A stretch of 64,000 nt of DNA, taken from positions 32,001 through 96,000 of IMG/VR virus record IMGVR_UViG_3300019888_000002; one strand, written 5' to 3'. This DNA is from a virus. The position numbers and the translations under genes are program-made. Positions 57,132 through 64,000 of this stretch are shown here, piece after piece. Numbering within the stretch: position 1 is the first letter of the stretch; the number at the start of each line of letters is the position of its first letter. The notes under the pieces are model-generated. The model was not told the origin of the DNA, searched no databases, and was given only the letters and a program-made list of their open reading frames with translations.

Positions 57132-60100
57132 GACGAAGCCCCCTCTTCGTCCGCATGGTTGCAGCCGGGAGAGAGCCACCCCGGGAATATCTTGCTCCAC
57201 AGGGCCATCAGATCTCGGAGCGGCACGATGACGTCGATATCCTCGTTCTCGTTGATCACCCTGATCAGCTCGGGCTCCACGTTGTGATAGGCCAACCGGA
57301 CCCGGCGACGTTCCCCGTCGAGATAGACCACTTCGTCGGGGGTGTGCGGATCGAGAGTGTCGTACTCCATCCCGTCCACGATCATCCTGGGAGAAACAGG
57401 CATCACAGCGCCCACAGCCGGGTCAGCAGCAGGTAATAGATCAGGTTCCCGAGTTTGCGGATCATCACTCACCATCCTGTCCCCAATCGTCGCTGTTGTC
57501 CGGACTGACTCAGGGCCAGCTGCTCCCGCAGGTACCTGATCTCCTCGACCAGAGGCTGCTCCCCGGTCACGGCGGTGTACGAACGGTGCGGGCCGGGATG
57601 GGCGTAGGTCTGCGAACACGTGACATCCGAACAGTTCCCGGTGCGGCCGTTGTCCTTGGTGAGCCCGGAGGGCATCGTCGTCTCCTTCATCGGGCATACA
57701 CCTCCGGATGTGCCAGCCACTCCGGCAGAACGGTGGGAGCGTCCTCGGGGCTCAGCTTCATGTCGTGGAACTTGGCCTGCTTGAAGACGTTCTCCCGGTC
57801 GTACATCACGATCAGCCGGATCATGCCCTTCCCGAAACTGTCGTAGGTCGGCCCGGACACTCGTTGCCAACCCTTGAGCCGGGCCTCCTTGGCCACGGCG
57901 GCACGACCCAGCTCGATCCTCTTCATGGCTTCATCCTTGGCTTCATCCACCTTCGCATCGGGTCTCTGTTCTCCGGGATCACATAGGGGTTGCTGGCCTG
58001 CTTCCCACCCTGGGGCTCGGTCCAGTTGACCTTCGGGAAATCATCGATACAGGCGTCGTAGCCGTTGTTCCAGGCTTGGTAGAGCGGATCGAGCCTCTCC
58101 CAGAGTCCGCGCTCCTTGGCCTCCAGAATCGATCCGATGATCTGCCGGGAGATCAGGCCGATTCCCAGCAGAACGAGACACAGGAGGATGACCACCGAAA
58201 GCGTGGACACCATATCGATCGCCCACCGGCTCAGCATGTGTCGCCGCTCTCTCGTAATTCCACCGGAGAGCCTTCAACCCGGCTCCAGCCCGTGTGGTCG
58301 AACAACCACACCCCGAAGTCCTGGGTACGGTGCGGGACGAAAGACGGGTCGACGTCCTCGGTCGGGAGCACCAGGGTGGGTTCGTCCTCGAGCGGTTCGG
58401 GTTCGAGGTCCTGTTTGAGCGGCACCACGAAATGACCGTGCCGAGTGCTGCGCTGAGGTTTGTGCCCCACCGGCAGACAGCACCTCCACCCGGGAACATC
58501 GGTAAATCCACACGTCTCGGCCGGACCGTCGACCGACTTCACCTTCTTCAAGTGCCTGCCCCTCTTCTCGATGGTGGCGAAGACCCGGCCACAGGAACAA
58601 TGCCAGCCGTACTTGGTCCGGGTCCCCGGAGTGTGCTCAACCATCCTCGAGTCCGTCACGGTCCATCAGATATGCAGCAGCCAGCGCACGAGGCTGACCG
58701 CCGCTCCGAGCAGCAGCAGTACGGCATGTGGGTCTATGGGGTCTCTCATCACGGCTCCTCGTGTTGTTTCGTCGCAGCTTCAACGGTATGCCGAATTGCG
58801 TTGCTCAGAGCGTCCACAGCGGCCTCGATACCGGCGTGAAAAGTGGTGTGTGTCCCGGTGTTCGCAACCAAGGCAGAACAGCGATGGCACACCCAGAGCC
58901 CATTCAGGGCGGTGTAGTCATCCGACAGCGAGTACGCCAGCCCGAAATAATGGTTCGTCTGGATGTCCGCCTGACCACGATTATGTCCAGCGGCAAGAAC
59001 GCACCGATGACCGTTGTAGGTCGCACCACATTGCCGCTCTCGGCTCGACTGTGCCGAGTCCGGGGGTGGTGTCATCTCGCTGCGAGGCACGGTCGCCGAG
59101 GGGTAGCCACCCGTGACCTCCCGGCTCATGTCTATCCGGCCCGCGTCTGTCAGGCACGGATCTGTCAAGCGCGTCCAGCCCGCATGGTTGAACAGGTAGA
59201 CGCCGTAGCTGGAGGGATTCTCGAGTTGACTCGGGTCCGTGGTGTCGGAGTCGGTGTCGAGCCGACGGCAGAGATCCCGCCACTTCTGACCGTCCGACAG
59301 CACCTCCTCACCGCTGTTCGGAGAATTCATCGTTCATCCCTCCATGCATCTGCATACCCAACGACTGTCGATCAGCGTCCTACAGCCACCGCACCACCGG
59401 CACACGTCGGTGATCAGCTTCATCCGAGCCTCTTCCAGCAGTAGTTGCATCGCCTGCGAACGAACCCGGAGTACCCGATACGCCTCGTGGAGCGGTGCCA
59501 GCCCAGTCGGCACAGAAGCGGAACCTTGCATGGGGCAGGACCGTCGAAGTTCAGCTCAGTCCCGAGCCGATGTCTCATCAGCGCACTGCCCTCGCGCACC
59601 GCACGTGGAAGATGGAACCCGCAGCAGGATGGTTGTCGGCCAACATCCTGGGGAACGGTGAGCCGATGTATCAGCACGTCCTTGTCGGTGAGCTGTGCAG
59701 CCACCAGGGCCACCCCCATAGGACCGAACTCGTCGCCCAGCACCCGCAGCATCCATGACAGCCGGTGGTCGATGCCCGGTAAGCGCGAGCGCTCTATTTC
59801 CTTGTTCATGCGCACTCGCACGGCCTCGGCGTCGTACCGCTTCTCGGTCATGGCTACGGAAGGATGAGCTTGCTCTTAGGGTCACCCAGGGTGCCGTCGG
59901 CGCGCAGTGTGCCCTCCTTGCCGTCGGCCGCACCACTCTGAATCTCACGGGACATCTGCTCGTGATCGATGGTGTAGTCCTTGGGGTCGATGCGGGCCTC
60001 GATGGCGATCGTCGGCAAGAAGTACAGGGTGTCCGAGTTCGGGTCCCCGTCCACATCCACATCCTTCCAATAGACCTTGGCAAGCAGGCCCAGAGCGGCG

Positions 60101-60264
60101 AAGCGATCCGGGACCTCGGCCTCGAACGCCTTGCTCGTCGTGTCCGTGAACGGCTTGAAGCCGTACTTGTTCTGAAGGTCGGCTGCCAGCTCACGGACCG
60201 AGTTCATCTCATTGGGGTACAGATCGATGCTCTCGGGTGGACCTGCTGTAGGCATCTGGGGCAT
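57128..60264 (-). other. About 9 short hypothetical genes (57687-57950, 57923-58237, 58231-58659, 58749-59330, 59420-59851, 59854-60264 and others)
   Basis: Coupled ORFs with SD sites. Confidence 0.6.
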
Positions 60265-60342
60265 AAGTGACTCCTGGGATCATTAGGGTAAAACTGTTTA
60301 GGCCAGTTCGTATTCAGTTGTCGGTCACTTCGACATTGTCGT

Positions 60343-61416
60343 TCAGACCGTATTACGATCCGGGATCACCCGTTCACATGTCTGGCAACGATGCACGATG
60401 GCAGCAGTGTGATCGATCATGTGTCCGCCGAAACGCTGAAGCTTGTTGGCCTGAACGAAGCTCGCCCGGTTGGCCAGACTGGTGAAGAGATTCAGTGCGT
60501 CGTACACCGTCCACTCCGTCTGTCCGTAGGCTGCGGCCCAGTCCAGTGCCCGGTCGATCACCGTACGGCTGATGCCGTGATCCTGTCCCACCTGACGCAG
60601 GAAGGCGAGATAGTTCCCCGGGACCGCCGTCTCCGCCGTCTTACGGAAATTGTCGAGATGCTCGTCCAGGCCGGAGAGCAGCACCCCCGCCGCATTCTCC
60701 ATCTCCTCGAGAATGTCATCGATCGTCTGACCCTTGAGCTGGATCACCTGATCGGTCGACGGAAGCACCATGCCGTTGGTACATACCAGACGGTTGAGGA
60801 ACGTGGACACGACCGGCTTGTGCTCCTTGAGGTTGGTCGGCACGTAGAGCCGGATACCTCCGGAGGTGATGTCCCCGACCTCGCCGACGGCCGGACGGTC
60901 CAGCACCCCGTTGCCGGGGACGTCCACCTGCCAGCGCTCGGAGGTGATGTCCATCTGAAAGGTGCGGTCGTCGGTATGGAAGGTGTGGATGGTGTCGTCG
61001 GCCTCGAAGACACGCGGGATGATCTCGGCCACCCGGGAGGTGGGCAAAACGACCTTGTCCGGGGTGTAGACGGCATTGATGTCTCGGCCGTCGATGACCG
61101 AGAACACGGCCGAGGACTCGGCGTTGGCCTGAAGCCAGAAGTTGAGATTGATCGCCTTGAGCTGACCCGGGCAGTTCTCGATGTACTTGAACGGGACCCC
61201 GAGGAACTTGCTCAGCTCCTTCTCACTCAGCTCGTCCAGAGAGAACCGGGTGACCTTGGGGTCCTGCTCTTCGGCGAAATGATCCTCGGTCACGTTGATG
61301 AAATGCCCGGTCTCGTCCACTTCCACGTTCTCGAGACGCACCTGGACGGGGGAGGGCTCGTGCTTGGGCAGCAGCGACTCGAGTTCAGACACCTTGGTGT
61401 TGTAGACACTGGTCAT
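60343..61416 (-). CDS. DUF932-like protein
   Basis: LSKFLGVPFKYIENCP, FLNRLVCTNGMV signature, C-terminal TVYDALN..TSLAN. Confidence 0.7.
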   Translation of the reverse strand: MTSVYNTKVSELESLLPKHEPSPVQVRLENVEVDETGHFINVTEDHFAEEQDPKVTRFSLDELSEKELSKFLGVPFKYIENCPGQLKAINLNFWLQANAESSAVFSVIDGRDINAVYTPDKVVLPTSRVAEIIPRVFEADDTIHTFHTDDRTFQMDITSERWQVDVPGNGVLDRPAVGEVGDITSGGIRLYVPTNLKEHKPVVSTFLNRLVCTNGMVLPSTDQVIQLKGQTIDDILEEMENAAGVLLSGLDEHLDNFRKTAETAVPGNYLAFLRQVGQDHGISRTVIDRALDWAAAYGQTEWTVYDALNLFTSLANRASFVQANKLQRFGGHMIDHTAAIVHRCQTCERVIPDRNTV

Positions 61417-61516
61417 GTGAGTATGGGCTCCTTGCTGAATGGTGAATGAACGACGTTGCAGAACGACATGGGCCTGCCGGGGGAGATGATCGTCGGAAGT
61501 GGTTCACGGACCACCC

Positions 61517-61750
61517 TCAAATCACATCCTCCTTGCGGCCGGATGCCTCCAGCCATGTCTCGATGACGGACTTACGCCAGACAGGTCGACGGCCGATCAT
61601 CTCGGGCGCAGGATCAGGAAGCAGATTGCGCTTCTTCCATTGGTACACCGTGCCGACCTTGACGCCAGCGAGTTTGGCCACGTTGTGATAGGTCAGCAAC
61701 GGGTCGGGTTGGTCGACTGGTCGTGGTTTGGAAGTGGTCTTGGCGGACAC
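61517..61750 (-). CDS. Excisionase/MerR(BldC)-like HTH DNA-binding protein
   Basis: LLTYHNVAKLAGVKVGTVYQWKKRNLLPDP...GRRPVWRKSVIETW. Confidence 0.75.
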   Translation of the reverse strand: MSAKTTSKPRPVDQPDPLLTYHNVAKLAGVKVGTVYQWKKRNLLPDPAPEMIGRRPVWRKSVIETWLEASGRKEDVI

Positions 61751-61904
61751 GTTTCTCGTCTCTTTCCTGAGGATCGTTCGTTCCAGAGGACAGGGCTCCT
61801 TGTGGGGGAAGGATTGTTCTGGTGGGACTACAGATTGATGGGTGGGGTGTGCATTCCACTGCGGACGTCTCACGGCCCGGGAGGTGGGGGTTCAGTTGTG
61901 ACTC

Positions 61905-61950
61905 ATGTCCGTAACAGTACCAGAACTGTACGGTTTGTGTCCAGCTTGTG
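61905..61950 (-). promoter_or_regulatory. Promoter with GTAC-N7-GTAC upstream of the HTH gene
   Basis: TGGACA-18-TACTGT; gtac at 61917 and 61928. Confidence 0.6.
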
Positions 61951-61992
61951 AGCTACTCAGGCTCAAGAAATCTCACACTGTCATGAAGAAAA

Positions 61993-63084
61993 TCAGGATG
62001 CGATCATTTCGAGATAGGTGGTCGCCGTTCCCGCCGTCATCGTCTTCGACAGACCCGAAGTCTGCTTGGCCTGGAAGCTGACCAGGTCTCCCCAGGCCAC
62101 GGTGAACGGCGAAGTGGTGACCGTTTGCGTCGTCCCTGTCGTGGCGGCGCTCGTTGCCTGGGCAACACCGTTCTTCAGGATCTGTATTTGAAGGTTGGTC
62201 GCCGATGCCGATGTCGTGACCTTGGCATTGCATGTCACCGTTCCGGCCCCGGTGCAGAACAAGGCACCGTTACCCTCGAACGAGGTGTCGTCATAACCGG
62301 CCTTCTGGAAAACACCGTTCGCGGCAGTGGACAGAACGGCAGCGTTCCCGATGGTGACGAAGGACCCGGTAGCCAGAGAGGTGTTCGTGCTGAGATATAT
62401 GGCCTGCGAGGTAACGAGGTCGGTAGCGGCAACATCCCTCGCCCAGAAATCGTCCCAACCAGGACCATAACTCACGGCACCCGCCGGGACCGTGCGCAGC
62501 ACCGTGACATCGGCCCCCACATACAGATGGCTGGAATCTCGCGGAATGACGTTGCTGGCATCAGTGAACGAAAGTATCAGCACGCCGTTCTGATACGCCT
62601 TGAGCAATTGCCCGACAGCTCGGACCTTCATCCTGCTACCCGCCGGAACAGCAGTAGTCGACGTTGACGTAGCGAGACTGGTTTGACCACTAGCGCTGTC
62701 CTGTTTGACGAATGCTCTGGCAAATGCACCCCTAAAGCAGGTAAGTGCACCGAAAACCCCGTCTCCGATAGGCATTCGGAAGATAAGGTAAGTCGAGTAG
62801 TTGGACTGCGTAATACCCGACACCATGTCAACCAAGGTTCCCCTGACCTCGACATCACTGGTGAGTAACTGCTCATCCCTGTGCATCGAGCAGTTGGTGC
62901 CGCTGGCACCGACTGGTGGGTTGGACGACCCGGCCAACCTGTTGCTCCATATCCGTAAGGCAGCCGAAGTGTGGGTGCTCTCCATGTTTATCGGGCCGAC
63001 CCAACCGGTTATCGGCTCCTCGTCAGCACGACCGAACGCGTCGACAATCACAGGGCGACGCTGTCGCATCATCATCCGACTCAT
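61993..63084 (-). CDS. Minor tail protein (beta-sandwich/lectin-like domains)
   Basis: Thr/Gly/Ala-rich, beta-strand pattern, WDDFWA and LKNGVA motifs common in actinophage minor tail proteins. Confidence 0.6.
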   Translation of the reverse strand: MSRMMMRQRRPVIVDAFGRADEEPITGWVGPINMESTHTSAALRIWSNRLAGSSNPPVGASGTNCSMHRDEQLLTSDVEVRGTLVDMVSGITQSNYSTYLIFRMPIGDGVFGALTCFRGAFARAFVKQDSASGQTSLATSTSTTAVPAGSRMKVRAVGQLLKAYQNGVLILSFTDASNVIPRDSSHLYVGADVTVLRTVPAGAVSYGPGWDDFWARDVAATDLVTSQAIYLSTNTSLATGSFVTIGNAAVLSTAANGVFQKAGYDDTSFEGNGALFCTGAGTVTCNAKVTTSASATNLQIQILKNGVAQATSAATTGTTQTVTTSPFTVAWGDLVSFQAKQTSGLSKTMTAGTATTYLEMIAS

Positions 63085-63090
63085 ACGAGA

Positions 63091-63297
63091 TCACTCTGTC
63101 CCAATACGGCAGCCTTGGTCTTGGTAGGGGTGACGTCGGCGGCATACCAGGTCACCGTGGCCCCCGACCACGAGCGCCCGAAGGCGGCAAACGTCACCGG
63201 ACCGGTATGCGGTCCCGCATGAGCAGAAGTCCCGGCGTTGGTGCATGTCACGACCACGGCGGTGCCGGGGAACGTCTTGGTTACTCCACACGCCATT
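63091..63297 (-). CDS. Small tail-associated protein
   Basis: MACGVTKTFPGTAVVVTCTN..., between two tail ORFs. Confidence 0.45.
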   Translation of the reverse strand, partial: NGVWSNQDVPRHRRGRDMHQRRDFCSCGTAYRSGDVCRLRALVVGGHGDLVCRRRHPYQDQGCRIGTE

Positions 63298-64000
63298 ATG
63301 CGTACCTGCCTCTCAGCTGGACATGAACAGGATCGGGAACCACGGCAGTGCCCTTGGTGAAGTACGCCCGGATCACCGCATTGGCCGCGCACGCCTGTGG
63401 CGTACCCAGGGTCGTGATGATGTTGTTCGAACCCACAGTGAGCGTGATGGTCGAGAGCAAGGTGCCCTGTGTGGTTGCGGTGCCGGAGTAGATGGCGATG
63501 GTCAGGTTTCCGGTGCCCACCGTCCCGGCCAGGTTGCCGATGCGCACCCAGATCGCATCCAGGATGACGCCCGCAGCGGCGATTCCCGGCTCCACCGCGA
63601 TACCACCGGGCATGTCGTTGTAGCCGTCCACGATGGAGACGGAGTTGCACACCATTTCCGGGCACCACGGAATGGTGGCATTGTCCACCTTGGCATTGAG
63701 CGCCGTCTGCTGTGCGGTACTGACCGGCTTGCCTGCATCGGAGGTGTTGTCGACACTTCCCAGACCCACATCACCCTTGACGATTCCGGTCGGTGTGACA
63801 AGAGCGGGAGATGTGGCGAAAACCGCTGCGCCGGAACCCGTTTCGTCCGACAGGACGCCTTTCAGTTGTGCCGAAGTCGTCGCGGCGAACTGTGACAACG
63901 GGTTGGCGACCAGGGCATCTCCGCCACCGGCAGGCAACGTCTGCCAGGTCTTGTCGCCACGCCAGTACTGCCCGGTGGTACCCGCCGCGATAGTCGGTTC
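63296..64000 (-). CDS. Tail fibre-like protein, 5' end outside the window
   Basis: Open from 64000: EPTIAAGTTGQYWRGDKTWQTL...DETGSGA.VFATSP...DVGLGSVDNTSDA.KPVSTAQQTAL fibre motifs. Confidence 0.75.
   Translation of the reverse strand, partial: EPTIAAGTTGQYWRGDKTWQTLPAGGGDALVANPLSQFAATTSAQLKGVLSDETGSGAAVFATSPALVTPTGIVKGDVGLGSVDNTSDAGKPVSTAQQTALNAKVDNATIPWCPEMVCNSVSIVDGYNDMPGGIAVEPGIAAAGVILDAIWVRIGNLAGTVGTGNLTIAIYSGTATTQGTLLSTITLTVGSNNIITTLGTPQACAANAVIRAYFTKGTAVVPDPVHVQLRGRYA

Noticed and set aside
61517-61750. Excisionase indicating a prophage or temperate lifestyle
   Set aside because: No integrase, att site, immunity repressor or flanking host genes are in the window; the HTH is more likely a transcription regulator.
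13302-61931. GTAC sites as restriction-site (RsaI-type) or REP/iteron repeats
   Set aside because: The strict 11-bp pairing and exclusive overlap with -10 boxes upstream of strong SD sites fit a transcriptional operator much better.

Overview
This is a 64 kb slice of a large, GC-rich lytic actinobacteriophage. The head, portal and terminase genes resemble Bxz1/E3-type large phages. LysB and a D-arabinanase point to a mycolate-containing host such as Gordonia, Rhodococcus or Mycobacterium; the exact phage cannot be named from sequence alone. Essentially all real genes lie on the minus strand, and the long plus-strand ORFs are antisense shadows. In transcription order (64000 to 1) the window holds: tail genes; an HTH gene and a DUF932-like gene; about 32 kb of short early/accessory genes (ThyA, RuvC-like, HIT, LysB, WhiB, PNK-phosphatase, SSB, putative nucleotide sponges); tail fibre and minor tail genes; a lysis cassette (LysA, DUF4185/GH183, holin, membrane proteins); large terminase; 2H phosphoesterase; a small early island; a second membrane cassette; head-associated proteins; portal; a SWIM protein; and the prohead protease, cut by the window edge. 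Main highlights: (1) a ~102-nt tRNA-like RNA whose anticodon loop is replaced by a branched domain; (2) an arabinan-degrading lysis enzyme with an internal in-frame start; (3) about 19 promoters carrying a phased GTAC-N7-GTAC motif; (4) an anti-RBS hairpin that brackets one of these promoters; (5) repeated K/R-x-A motifs that may make the head proteins protease-processed polyproteins; (6) Acb2/Tad1-like and other candidate anti-defence genes. All family assignments come from motif recognition by eye, not database searches.
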